Shown one piece after another: positions 36,642 through 45,929 of a stretch of DNA of 57,800 nucleotides (its first letter is position 1; every line of letters begins with the position of its first letter). Made by a program: the position numbers and the translations under genes. The DNA comes from a virus (Duplodnaviria; Caudoviricetes): positions 1 through 57,800 of IMG/VR virus record IMGVR_UViG_3300050116_000283; one strand, written 5' to 3'. Below the pieces are notes generated by a model, which worked only from the letters and a program-made list of their open reading frames with translations, was not told the origin of the DNA and made no database searches.

Positions 36642-38581
36642 CAGTGGGCAAACCAATCCCGCCGCTCGACCCACGGCTCGCGGCCGCTGGGCGGTGGCCG
36701 CTGCGGCGGCACTGGCCGGGCCCCTGGTGACCGCTCGGCATCCTCGCCGCCAGACTTAGCCGCGACCATCGCCTCGATCTGTTCGGCCTGCTTATTTAAT
36801 CGAAAGCGATTTGCGATCAGCGATTGTAGAGCGGCGTAGGCGTAGCAGCGCGCGTCCAATGCCTCGTTACGAACGCCGGTTTTCTTGATCCACTCCCGAT
36901 GTGCGAAGCCCTTGCTGTACCGCACACGGCACGTCTCCGCCGTAAGTTGCTCAAAATAAGCCAGGTCGTATTGGTCGCCGATCGGGAAATGACAAAAGCC
37001 AGGGCCCGGCTCGGTGATCTTGAGCCGCGCGTAGAGGGCTTCCTTAGATGCGTCCACACCGATTACCCACAGCGGCCGATTGTCTTTCGACTTGCTGTGC
37101 ATCCGCGGCCAGATCGGACGCTGCCCGGCCGCGCCCTTGATTGGGTAGATCTTGGGTGCCACCCTCCGACGCATTCGCTCACTGCAGAACGACTGGACGA
37201 TGGATGGATGAAAGCCCGAGTCCACGCACGCCGCCGCGATCTCGAACTCCCGCCCGCAAGGGTGAGCGAACTGCAACGAGAGCACCTGGTCGAACGAGTC
37301 CCACAGATCACGTTGCGCCGGGTCGCCAACCAAGACTATGTATGCCAGTGACCAACTCTCTTCGTCGCGACCCCACCCAATGATTTCTAGCTCGAGCCTG
37401 TCGGCTTGAAGATCCGCCCCGAGAGTAATGAGCACCACGCCCGCGGGCAGCGTGGTGTCCGGACGGTATTGCTGCCGCCGTCGCAGCAGTTCACTGGCGT
37501 CCGTCTTCGTGGCGCCGGCCTGCTGGAACGTCTCGGCCAGGACCGTGTTCGTGAAGGTCTGCATCCGCTCCGGCGACTTCCGGGCGCGCAGGAAGTCCTT
37601 GGCGAGTTGACTCCACGTCGTCCATGGCGAGTACAGTCCGTTGAGCCAAAAGCCCACCGTTTCTCCATCGCCGGGTGCTTCCGACCGCCACTGGCCCCGC
37701 GCCAGCATCTCCGGTTTATGGTGGTCAGCAATCCGCTGATGACAACGCTCGCATTCGTACCACGCCTCAGCGGGCACCCGGTCTGGCCACTTGATTTGGG
37801 CCCACCGCAGGATCTGGAAGACGCCGCAATGGGGGCATGGGACGAAATACTTCCGTTGATCCGACTCCAGGTACGCTTGTTCGATGCGGCTGACCTCCGC
37901 AATCGTGGGCGTCGACACCATGGCGATCTGCCGGTTGGCGAATGTGCCCGTGCGGCGGATGGCCAGATCAACCGGGTCGCCCTCCTCGGTGCCTGCCGCA
38001 CCGGTCGAGGCCGACGGTGGGTATGCATCCACCTCGTCCATGAGCAGATACCGCGCCGGCATTGACCGCAGACCGACCGAACTGTTGGCACCCGTGGCCA
38101 CGAGCACCCCGCCCGGAAACTCCTTCGCCAGGATCGTATTGCCGGAGTCGCGCTCACGCGGATCGGAGACGCGCTCCGCAAGCACCGTGGTGTTCTCGAT
38201 TAGCGAAGCGATCCTCTGGCGCGAGAAACGCTTGGCAAGCTCTACTGTGGGCTGCACCAACATCGCCGGGCCGGGCGCGTAATGAATGATGTAGCCCAGC
38301 ATGTTCAAGAGCAGTTCGGATCCGCCGATCTGCGCCGGCTTCACGAACACCACACGCGAGAACGGGGAGGATGGGCTAAGGCAATCCATAATCTCGCGCA
38401 GAAATGGTGTGCGCGACGTGCGCCAACGGCCCGGTTCACCAGCCGAGACGCGCGACAGCACGCGATACTGGTCGGCCCACTGGCTGATCGTGAGATCAGG
38501 ATCGGGAGCTCCTGCAGCGGAGATGGCGGCCAGCAGCGGCTGCACGCTGGGAGCGTGAGATTCAAAGGGCGAGGACTGCAC
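36641..38581 (-). CDS. terL: Terminase large subunit, lambda GpA family
   Basis: ISQWAD..PGRWRTSRTPFLRE, KPAQIGGSE, MDEVDAYP, STPT, CPHC, RNEALD. Confidence 0.96.
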   Translation of the reverse strand: MQSSPFESHAPSVQPLLAAISAAGAPDPDLTISQWADQYRVLSRVSAGEPGRWRTSRTPFLREIMDCLSPSSPFSRVVFVKPAQIGGSELLLNMLGYIIHYAPGPAMLVQPTVELAKRFSRQRIASLIENTTVLAERVSDPRERDSGNTILAKEFPGGVLVATGANSSVGLRSMPARYLLMDEVDAYPPSASTGAAGTEEGDPVDLAIRRTGTFANRQIAMVSTPTIAEVSRIEQAYLESDQRKYFVPCPHCGVFQILRWAQIKWPDRVPAEAWYECERCHQRIADHHKPEMLARGQWRSEAPGDGETVGFWLNGLYSPWTTWSQLAKDFLRARKSPERMQTFTNTVLAETFQQAGATKTDASELLRRRQQYRPDTTLPAGVVLITLGADLQADRLELEIIGWGRDEESWSLAYIVLVGDPAQRDLWDSFDQVLSLQFAHPCGREFEIAAACVDSGFHPSIVQSFCSERMRRRVAPKIYPIKGAAGQRPIWPRMHSKSKDNRPLWVIGVDASKEALYARLKITEPGPGFCHFPIGDQYDLAYFEQLTAETCRVRYSKGFAHREWIKKTGVRNEALDARCYAYAALQSLIANRFRLNKQAEQIEAMVAAKSGGEDAERSPGARPVPPQRPPPSGREPWVERRDWFAH

Positions 38582-39083
38582 TGGCCGCCGCCTCCAACTC
38601 GCGCGAAATCTCGGTCTTCAAAGTCAGGTGGACCTTCTTCGCATCTGATTCTGCGGCAATGACAGTCGCCAGCCGATCCGGGATCCCAAGCATGCCATCG
38701 CGGAACGTTCGGAAGGCATCCGCGGCGGCCTTGCGATAAACCTCGGCCTCGATCAGTTTCCCTTGCTTGGTTTCGAACTCGAGTCGGCGGAGTTTGGCGC
38801 GGAATACCATTTCGATCGTCCGCGCCTGGCCAAAGCTGGCACCCGACTGGCCAGCCGGCTCGCTGGCAGGCCGTAATGGCGACGAGGCGCCGGCTGCCGG
38901 AGACACGATGACGTCGTCTAGCGGACGGTCGTCAAGGACCATGTCGGTGGCCACCACGTCGATCTTGCCGCCGCGCATGACCAAGATGCCGTTCTTGGCG
39001 AGCTTGCTAATGTACGGCCTTGAGACGCCTCTATGCTTGGCGTATTCGGCCTTGGTCATCAGCCTTTCGGCGTCTGCGTTCAT
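38562..39083 (-). CDS. terS: Terminase small subunit (Nu1-like)
   Basis: N-terminal HTH (AEYAKHRGVSRPYISK), coiled coil ..GKLI, R..MLGIPDRLA; overlaps terL. Confidence 0.85.
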   Translation of the reverse strand: MNADAERLMTKAEYAKHRGVSRPYISKLAKNGILVMRGGKIDVVATDMVLDDRPLDDVIVSPAAGASSPLRPASEPAGQSGASFGQARTIEMVFRAKLRRLEFETKQGKLIEAEVYRKAAADAFRTFRDGMLGIPDRLATVIAAESDAKKVHLTLKTEISRELEAAASAVLAL

Positions 39084-39134
39084 TCGTGCCAGCCAGCTTT
39101 GTTTGGAACAGGACCGCTACATCCGGAGGCGGCA

Positions 39135-39234
39135 GTTAACTCGGTTAACCGCCGAGTTAACCAGTTTTCAGGGTCTGTCCCTGCGTGAATGCCGCACTAA
39201 TTCAACCCGCGGCCCCGGACCAAAGTCAGGTCCC
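39135..39234. promoter_or_regulatory. Candidate cos/packaging region
   Basis: Directly upstream of terS; 10-bp inverted repeat GTTAACTCGG/CCGAGTTAAC with three GTTAAC; minus-strand GGGACCT (cosQ-like) and CGCGGGTT. Confidence 0.45.
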
Positions 39235-39470
39235 ATGAATTGCCACTGGCGGCGGCAGCAGTCCACAGAGATGCCGTCCGTTCGCGCCCTCGCGCGCCGT
39301 GTTGCGCCGTCTGCCTCGCGGTTGGCTTGCTGGCCGACCGACTGCTTCGGCGCGCCCCGCCGCCACAGACGGACGACACGTACGCGCGGATAAGGGGGGA
39401 TCGCGCAGAACAAACCGGCGGCTCGGTGTTCCCGGCTTGCGTGGCATTGTCCTGCACGATCATGGGTTGC

Positions 39471-39650
39471 CTACTGCTTTGCGAGGTGAGCGCCCAGCGC
39501 CGAGACAACGGCTTGCTGGTGACCGGGAGGCGTTTGGCCCCCGCTGAATGCGCCCTCGATGGCTTGCACCAGCGCCACTACCTCCTGCGTCAACGTGATG
39601 CCAGAGGGAGCGACCGACAGAATCGATTGGAGGATCTGCAAAAAGTTCAT
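39471..39650 (-). CDS. Small amphipathic protein (59 aa)
   Basis: MNFLQILQSILSVAPSG..; SD AAAGGA. Confidence 0.62.
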   Translation of the reverse strand: MNFLQILQSILSVAPSGITLTQEVVALVQAIEGAFSGGQTPPGHQQAVVSALGAHLAKQ

Positions 39651-39823
39651 CGTTTTGTTCCTTTCTTCTGATCTGGAAAAATTCGGGGCGGCAGAGGAAT
39701 GCGTGGCGCGCCGCCCCGGTTCGGAGAGAATTTCCTGTGCCAACCGAGAAAGCCCCGTGGAAGCGGTTGCGGTGCGCGTAGCTCCGGCACCGCCTCCGGC
39801 AGGGCCCTCCCGTATGGGGAGCT

Positions 39824-40339
39824 CTACGCAGCCTTGGGCTGCGTCTGGGAAGGGGTCGAGGCACCGCCCGACGAATTGACTACCACCGGCACGAGGGCCG
39901 CGATGGTTTGGGAAATCGCCGTGGCCAAGGCGCTCGCAATCACTGGCGTGAGCGCCGTGAACAGGTTCGCGACGTTGGCGGTAACGGCTTCCGCGCTGAT
40001 TGCTTCGCCAGCGCCAGCGGCTGCGACTGCACCCTTCGTGGTTTCACTCGCCGCCGTGCCGGCGGGCGAGACGGTCTGCTGGCCTTCGGTCGTGCCGACC
40101 TGGCTGGAGAGCACGATATTGGCATTCAGGGCGTGGTCGATCGTCGCCGCGTTCTGCGCGCGCCGACTGGCCGTCTGCGCCATATCGAGCGAGATGGCTT
40201 CCCAGGCGCGCGCGCGCGCCAGATTTTCACGCCGGCTATCGAGTTCCTCGTCGAACAGGAGCTTCATGTTTTCCGCGCCGCCCAACAAGCTCGGCTGGTG
40301 GGTAACGCACGGAGAGAGATTGGGGTTCGTTTCTGCCAT
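39824..40339 (-). CDS. Ala/Thr-rich hypothetical protein with hydrophobic C-terminal helix
   Basis: 171 aa; SD AAAGGA; codon usage like the neighbouring late genes. Confidence 0.7.
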   Translation of the reverse strand: MAETNPNLSPCVTHQPSLLGGAENMKLLFDEELDSRRENLARARAWEAISLDMAQTASRRAQNAATIDHALNANIVLSSQVGTTEGQQTVSPAGTAASETTKGAVAAAGAGEAISAEAVTANVANLFTALTPVIASALATAISQTIAALVPVVVNSSGGASTPSQTQPKAA

Positions 40340-40430
40340 ACGGGATTTCCTTTCGGTTGGAAGTTAGGGGTTGTAGTCGCGCAGCCCGAATCGTCAAGCC
40401 GCAGGTAGAGTTCGCTCAAACAACCGGAAA

Positions 40431-40697
40431 TCAGGCGACGTGCCGCTTCCGGATACGCGCGGCGATGGTAAGTGCCGTCTGCTGGGATGCCGTCGCACCT
40501 ACTCCCCGACAACGCTCCGCCTCATCCTCGGCAACCTCGAGGCAGACGGTCCTGGCGGCCGAGATCGCCGAAGACCGTGTTTCGGCCAGAGCAGTCCGCA
40601 ATACTTCGGCCAAGCCTTCGGCATGATCGCGGGGCGCGAGACCCAACGAATGGCACACCTGTGTCGCCAAACTCTCCGCGGTGATCACGCCCGGCAT
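40431..40697 (-). CDS. Hypothetical protein (88 aa)
   Basis: SD AAGGA; helical; co-oriented with the late genes. Confidence 0.6.
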   Translation of the reverse strand: MPGVITAESLATQVCHSLGLAPRDHAEGLAEVLRTALAETRSSAISAARTVCLEVAEDEAERCRGVGATASQQTALTIAARIRKRHVA

Positions 40698-40797
40698 GCT
40701 TTTGGTCCTTTGACTCTCACTGTCAGTTTCTTACCACCGCGTGCAAAAGCTCCGCGAACGAATGCGACATACCGTCCGCCCACTTTCCCTCTCGCTT

Positions 40798-41157
40798 TCA
40801 TGACACGAGGCAATCCGCCACGACCTGCAAGAAAACGCCCCGCAAGCTCACCAGCGTTCCATCGTCGTCACGCCGATCCACACGCCGCAGTTTCCAGCAG
40901 CGACCGTGCTCCAGGTTCTCGATGAAGCTATATCGGGTGCCGCCACGGGCGTTGATCTCAACAGGGCTGCTGCCGTCTTCCTGCCGGAGCCAGATCGCCT
41001 TCATGTGCCCCTTGCGCCCATAGGATGCCTTGACGAACCCACCCTCGATGAGCCGTTTGGCTGCGTCGAGAGAACGGAAACCAAGCGACGTTCCATCGGG
41101 TGCGTAATAAGGGATTTGTTCTGCCGGCTTCACCTGGGCACACTTCGGGTACGACAA
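40798..41157 (-). CDS. Hypothetical phage protein
   Basis: 119 aa globular-looking ORF, first gene after the predicted late promoter; start uncertain (GTG 41136 possible). Confidence 0.62.
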   Translation of the reverse strand: MSYPKCAQVKPAEQIPYYAPDGTSLGFRSLDAAKRLIEGGFVKASYGRKGHMKAIWLRQEDGSSPVEINARGGTRYSFIENLEHGRCWKLRRVDRRDDDGTLVSLRGVFLQVVADCLVS

Positions 41158-41261
41158 GGAAGGGAAGGAGTTTTGCGAGAGTCCCGTCTCTCGTTATTGG
41201 TTGAGGAGGAGTTCTTCGAGGGTGCGCCGTGCGCTCGCCTATCGAGCTTCGCTTCGATGTA

Positions 41262-41291
41262 AATATACGCAAGGCGCGGGAAAAGTGTAAA
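41262..41291 (-). promoter_or_regulatory. Candidate late-operon promoter
   Basis: Minus strand TTTACA-18 nt-TATATT in an AT-rich intergenic patch. Confidence 0.45.
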
Positions 41292-41348
41292 CCCGGATCG
41301 ATGGAAACGATGGACATCGCCGAACTTGTAGTGTGAAATGGAGGGTCA

Positions 41349-41693
41349 ATGACACCGGAAGAGCGACGAATACTCTCTCCTCTCGCGCGCCAGCTGCGAC
41401 TGGGCGATCCAGGGAACTGGTCGGACTTGAAATACCAGACGCAGAACGGGCCAGAGTTCAGCGAATTTCCGTATTATCCCGCCGCGCTGGAATTTCAGGA
41501 TTCCGCCCAGCGTGCGGTCGCTGAGCTCGCCGCCGCCCAGAAGATCATTCTGCGTACTCAATGGCGATCAAAGTCTCGCTACCCGTACGAGTTCACGAAC
41601 GATGAGCGCATCTTAGTGCAATACGGTGTGATACTGGTCGATCTGATAGTGCAGCGGGCGCGGCAGGCGGGCGCGCGAACCAGCGAATTCTAA
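41349..41693 (+). CDS. Hypothetical protein (antisense moron)
   Basis: 114 aa; SD GGAGG; non-shadow composition; converges on 41690..42394. Confidence 0.62.
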   Translation: MTPEERRILSPLARQLRLGDPGNWSDLKYQTQNGPEFSEFPYYPAALEFQDSAQRAVAELAAAQKIILRTQWRSKSRYPYEFTNDERILVQYGVILVDLIVQRARQAGARTSEF

Positions 41694-42394
41694 CCAGGCG
41701 CCCGTCTAATCCACGGCTGTTCCACGTCCGGGTTATAGAATCGCGACCGTGTCTCACTTGGTGACGGCCCGATGAGTTCGATGGACTGCCGGGTGACCTC
41801 ACCAATCCGGTGACCGCCTCCGATATAGCACGCCATCCCATAACGCGCGGCAAAGGGCCGCCGCTCATAACCGTCTGAGAAGTACAAGCTTTCCATGGTC
41901 CAACCCAGCGCCAGCGCGCGATCGCAGACCTCGTCTATCAGTTGCTTCGCTCGAGCGATGCGTTCGGCTTCGAGGCTAAGCTTTGGAGGGGTTGGCTGCG
42001 TGGTTTCCGCGCCGTCGGACTCTTCAGGACGTGGCGGCCTGTAGTTGATCGAACGGAGCGTCCCAACTGCGGCGAGCAGTTGGACCTCGCCGAACCGGTC
42101 GATAGCCCAAGCATGAATGGCGTTGAAGCGCACCCGCAAGCACTCAAAGGCGGCTGCATCGAGATGCCCTGTGACTGCGGCCTTCTTGGCAACGACCATG
42201 CGTGCCCGCAGCCAGGCGTAGTACTCGGGATCAAGCCGCCGGTACATCGTATCGTTGAGCTGAAAGTCGCGCGCGAACTGCTCCGGACGTGCCGTCGTCC
42301 ACGTCGCTAGGGAGGTAGAAGCGAACAGGTGATCCCTAGGGGTGCCGTCCGGCGCGTCCGGCGACAATTTGACTTCCTGTAACTCGGTGCTCAT
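41690..42394 (-). CDS. Hypothetical phage protein
   Basis: 234 aa; SD AGGAG; follows the primase gene. Confidence 0.72.
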   Translation of the reverse strand: MSTELQEVKLSPDAPDGTPRDHLFASTSLATWTTARPEQFARDFQLNDTMYRRLDPEYYAWLRARMVVAKKAAVTGHLDAAAFECLRVRFNAIHAWAIDRFGEVQLLAAVGTLRSINYRPPRPEESDGAETTQPTPPKLSLEAERIARAKQLIDEVCDRALALGWTMESLYFSDGYERRPFAARYGMACYIGGGHRIGEVTRQSIELIGPSPSETRSRFYNPDVEQPWIRRAPG

Positions 42395-42437
42395 GCTTGC
42401 TCTCCTGGATTGAAACCGGTTTTTTCATCGTGCTGGA

Positions 42438-45400
42438 TTACGGTGGCTCTTCGCCGGCGGTTACCGTCGCGAGCCGCTGCTCCGCTCCGGTGGGGACATG
42501 GTGGGGACTTCTCTCGGCCAATGTCCCCACCATTAAGTGCTCATGTTTTGTGTCAGTTGCGGGCGTGGTGGGGACAGTGGGGACATTAGTGGCACTTTCA
42601 GGCCACCTACTAATATTGTTTTCTTTCTCGTCGTGTATGTGTTCCCGGCACGCGTGATTTTCTCCCGCGCGAGAATTCCGGGTTATGTCCCCACTGTCCC
42701 CACTGTCCCCACCGTCTCCGTAACCAATTGATTCGATTGGCAAAAGTTGGTGGGGACATTGGTCGAGAGAAGTCCCCACCATCTCCCCACCGACCAAGTC
42801 CAGCAGGTTGGTACTACTGGAACTGGCACCCCGCGGGTTATCGGGCCCGTCCGCTAACGCGAGGGCATAAAGCACGCCGGTCTTGTGATTGTTATGGCTG
42901 CTTTGCTTTACCGTGAGCCCGTTGAATACTCGATCACGCTTCGCGGCAAGCGCCTTGCCCAAACGGGTCTGCTGCGAGCGCGCCGAGCCGTCTCCACGCA
43001 CGCTGAGCATCAGGTCGCGCTCTTCGCAAAACTGGTTCAGTTCGCCAACTTTCTTTGGTTCCTCGCGATATGCCTCCCACCAGGTTCCGGTGAACTCGCG
43101 CCACATCTGACCATCGGTATCCGCCGCTTCATAGAGTTCGTTCAGATTGCAGAGGAAGCCGGGGATTCCCGCAACCTCCAACACGCCGCCCATGATTCCG
43201 GACCAGCTTTCGAACGACCCCAGGCGCGTCGCGTGCAAGGGTTTCCCGGCAGCGATCCAGGCTTGAACCACGGTGAGTGCTGCATGGACGAGCGCCGAAC
43301 GATTCTCTCGGGCCCATTCGGTGATGAGCGGGTGTTTGAATCCCGCTCTCAGCCACGGCATGTCGATCCTCGGATCAATGCGGAGCCGGATGCAACGCCG
43401 GCTCATCTCGCCAGATAGCCGTGGGTTGTTGCCGGTCATCAGCCAAAGGGCATTGTTCCGGAGGTGCAACATCGTGGATTCGCCCAGGAGTCGATCCGTC
43501 CACCACGGCAGCGTCACAACGGATGCTAGCGCGGCTGAATCCAGTTTCCGTTTCTCACTGAGGTTGTCGAGGAGGATGATGGGCCGGCCTGTAATCAGTT
43601 CAGCCGTGATCATCTTCCGAACCTCGTCCTCGCTTTCCGGTACAGTCCGTCCTTCGGACGCAGAACCAGTCGAAACGATGCTGATCAAACTGGCCAGCAG
43701 CCCTTTACCGGAGCCCTGCGTGGGCGCCTCGATCAGGTGTATCGGAGCAAGGTCGCCAATGATGCGCTGCAGAAAGGGGAGGAGTATTGCGGCGACGGCA
43801 TGAGCGCGATCCGAATCGCTTACAAACGGGAAGTCCCCGAGCAGTTCATCCACTAGCAGCCCTCTAGCGTGCGCGATTTGCTCCCGTGAGGGAATGATTG
43901 GAACTTCCGGGATTTCCAACGACTCGTCGGAGAACATCCAGAGCGCGTCGGCGCGATGGTAGCCGGCAGCGATGATCAACGCGGCGTCCTTTCCAAATGT
44001 CGGGGTACGAACCACCGATTCCAGCGGCGGGAGCGCCGGATCCGGGTTCACCATCATGTCTCGGGCCGTATCCCTCGATGGCGGCGCAGCGAGCACCGCT
44101 TCCTCGGTCACTCTGAGCCAGTTGGCGCTTCGGGCCAGTATGCCGTACATCGCCGTGTCGCCGAGCGCTTCGATCCGCCCCTGGGTGCCCGTGCCGGCAA
44201 TGCGCACAAGAGCGCCGCCTTTCTGGAAGAGGAACGGCTTATCGGTGATGTCTGGCCCCACTGGCTCGTTAATCGCGTGAATCGCCGTCCAGGCGTCGGC
44301 GATCACGTCACGCAATTGCCGATTGTTGACCTGGATGCCCCGCAGCGGCTGTGGTTCCGGCGCGCCGACCGGGGCGGTCGCGGCGTTTCCCCTCGGACTG
44401 CCGCCGCCGAGTACACCAGTCTGGGTCGCGCGCCGCGGGCGAGCGATTTCCACGACCTTCAATTGCTTCCGAAGGGTGGTGACCGGCAGCCGGATCTTCC
44501 CACACCGCGCCTGAATCAGCCTGAGGTACCGATCCTGTTCAATGGGGGCGAGCCGGCCGACCTCCGATAGAATCGGCTCGATTATCCGGCTGAGATCAGC
44601 ATCCGGAACATCGGTACTGAGCTTTGAGATGGCCAGTTCCAGCGGGGTCTGGGCTGCCGCGAGGATACCTTCGAAATCGGCCGCCGTCTTCCCCGAGGCG
44701 AAGAACTCGTTAACGTCAATCTTGGCGTCGGCCAGTAGCGCTTCGGCTTCGGCGCTTCCGCCTGGCAACGCGCCCAGCTTCTCCCGAGCCGAACGCTGCT
44801 TCTCGGCGAGAGGCAAAACCGCCACGCGAGTCGCAATCCCGTGAGCGGAGAGAAACCGCGCGGTCTTCAGCGCGCCCTGCATCCCCGCCTCGGACATTTC
44901 GTTGTCCTGGCAGATGTAGACGGTTTTCACACCGGCGAGTTTTGGCAGCAACCGTTCCCAGTCGGCCTCGCGGATCTGCACCGTTACCGGTGACACCACC
45001 GGGAATCCGTGCTCCATCAGGGAAATGCAATCCGTGACCCCTTCGGTGATGACGACCCGCTCGGGCCGCGCAAGCAGCACATCCTCGTTGTAGAGGACGT
45101 CATTCCGGATGTACGGCGAGATGTGGCTGTTGTTGCGGTCGTTGCGAATCGCCAGTTTCTTGTACTTCGACTTCTCCCACTCCTGATCCGGCGTCCAGGG
45201 CGTGCGCCGTCCGATCATGAAGACGACGTGTCCGCGACTCCAATATGGGAAGACGATCCGGCCATCGAAAAAGGGGAGCAGTCCGTCCTGCGCCGTGGGC
45301 TTGAAGACGGAGGTGGCCGTCAGTTCGCGCATGGTGAAGGCGCCAGGCCCGACCATCAACGTGCGCGCCACGCTGGGCTCGCTATTTTCCGCGTACCCGA

Positions 45401-45929
45401 TCTGCAAACGGCCGATCGTCTCCTCGCTGATTCCGTATTTCCCCCGAAACCAGGCGAGGACCTCCGGGTTCCCGACGAGCCTCTGGTGATACACACCCGC
45501 AGACGCGGTCAGCGCCTCACGCACGCGAAGCCTGATCTGGTGAGCTTCCTCGGCCTGCTCCGGATTGCCGGCAGCGAGCGTCGACAAAGGCGGCAGTCGA
45601 ACGCGTGCCGCCAGAAAGTCGCGAGCTTGCCGGTGGGAGTCCGGCATTGAGCCAGACTGCCCGCGGGTGACCACGCCGAAACGGACGAACTCGACCAACT
45701 GCAGCACATCGCCGCCGGTGCCACAGGCGTGGCAAAACCAGCCCTGCTTGTCGAGCCAGACATGAAGCGAGCGGTGCGACTGGCTCCGGTGGTTCGGGCA
45801 ATCGCAATACAGGGTCTGCCGCGATTCCTGCGTAATGCGGCCGCCGAGGAGTTCGCGGCCTATCTCGCCAATGTCCACATCGGTGACCTGCCGGTAGTAG
45901 TCGTGGATATCTACCGGAAGCGCAGTCAC
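42438..45929 (-). CDS. DnaG-type primase (Zn finger + TOPRIM) fused to a P-loop NTPase/helicase
   Basis: CPNH..CHAC Zn finger, GDVL, GRIVFP, ITEGVTD, CQDN; C-terminal GSGKGLLA Walker A, ILLDN, TGNN; GTGA overlap with recD2. Confidence 0.87.
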   Translation of the reverse strand: MTALPVDIHDYYRQVTDVDIGEIGRELLGGRITQESRQTLYCDCPNHRSQSHRSLHVWLDKQGWFCHACGTGGDVLQLVEFVRFGVVTRGQSGSMPDSHRQARDFLAARVRLPPLSTLAAGNPEQAEEAHQIRLRVREALTASAGVYHQRLVGNPEVLAWFRGKYGISEETIGRLQIGYAENSEPSVARTLMVGPGAFTMRELTATSVFKPTAQDGLLPFFDGRIVFPYWSRGHVVFMIGRRTPWTPDQEWEKSKYKKLAIRNDRNNSHISPYIRNDVLYNEDVLLARPERVVITEGVTDCISLMEHGFPVVSPVTVQIREADWERLLPKLAGVKTVYICQDNEMSEAGMQGALKTARFLSAHGIATRVAVLPLAEKQRSAREKLGALPGGSAEAEALLADAKIDVNEFFASGKTAADFEGILAAAQTPLELAISKLSTDVPDADLSRIIEPILSEVGRLAPIEQDRYLRLIQARCGKIRLPVTTLRKQLKVVEIARPRRATQTGVLGGGSPRGNAATAPVGAPEPQPLRGIQVNNRQLRDVIADAWTAIHAINEPVGPDITDKPFLFQKGGALVRIAGTGTQGRIEALGDTAMYGILARSANWLRVTEEAVLAAPPSRDTARDMMVNPDPALPPLESVVRTPTFGKDAALIIAAGYHRADALWMFSDESLEIPEVPIIPSREQIAHARGLLVDELLGDFPFVSDSDRAHAVAAILLPFLQRIIGDLAPIHLIEAPTQGSGKGLLASLISIVSTGSASEGRTVPESEDEVRKMITAELITGRPIILLDNLSEKRKLDSAALASVVTLPWWTDRLLGESTMLHLRNNALWLMTGNNPRLSGEMSRRCIRLRIDPRIDMPWLRAGFKHPLITEWARENRSALVHAALTVVQAWIAAGKPLHATRLGSFESWSGIMGGVLEVAGIPGFLCNLNELYEAADTDGQMWREFTGTWWEAYREEPKKVGELNQFCEERDLMLSVRGDGSARSQQTRLGKALAAKRDRVFNGLTVKQSSHNNHKTGVLYALALADGPDNPRGASSSSTNLLDLVGGEMVGTSLDQCPHQLLPIESIGYGDGGDSGDSGDITRNSRAGENHACREHIHDEKENNISRWPESATNVPTVPTTPATDTKHEHLMVGTLAERSPHHVPTGAEQRLATVTAGEEPP
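42489..42791. repeat. Palindromic iteron array (probable replication origin)
   Basis: Ten GTGGGGAC(A) copies plus one degenerate copy in both orientations; terminal 44-bp inverted repeats with 2 mismatches; AT-richer centre. Confidence 0.8.

Noticed and set aside
35725-36741. 338-aa ORF as listed in the track
   Set aside because: Upstream part overlaps terL and the Zn-finger ORF and is low-information; the SD supports a start at 36063
39197-39463. 88-aa ORF (MIVQDNATQ...) upstream of terS
   Set aside because: Weak SD, low-complexity product, competing frames and overlap with the candidate cos region; cannot be supported
42489-42791. Possible CRISPR array or MITE
   Set aside because: Repeats are 8-9 bp, in both orientations, without regular spacers; no target duplication seen; in frame within the primase gene
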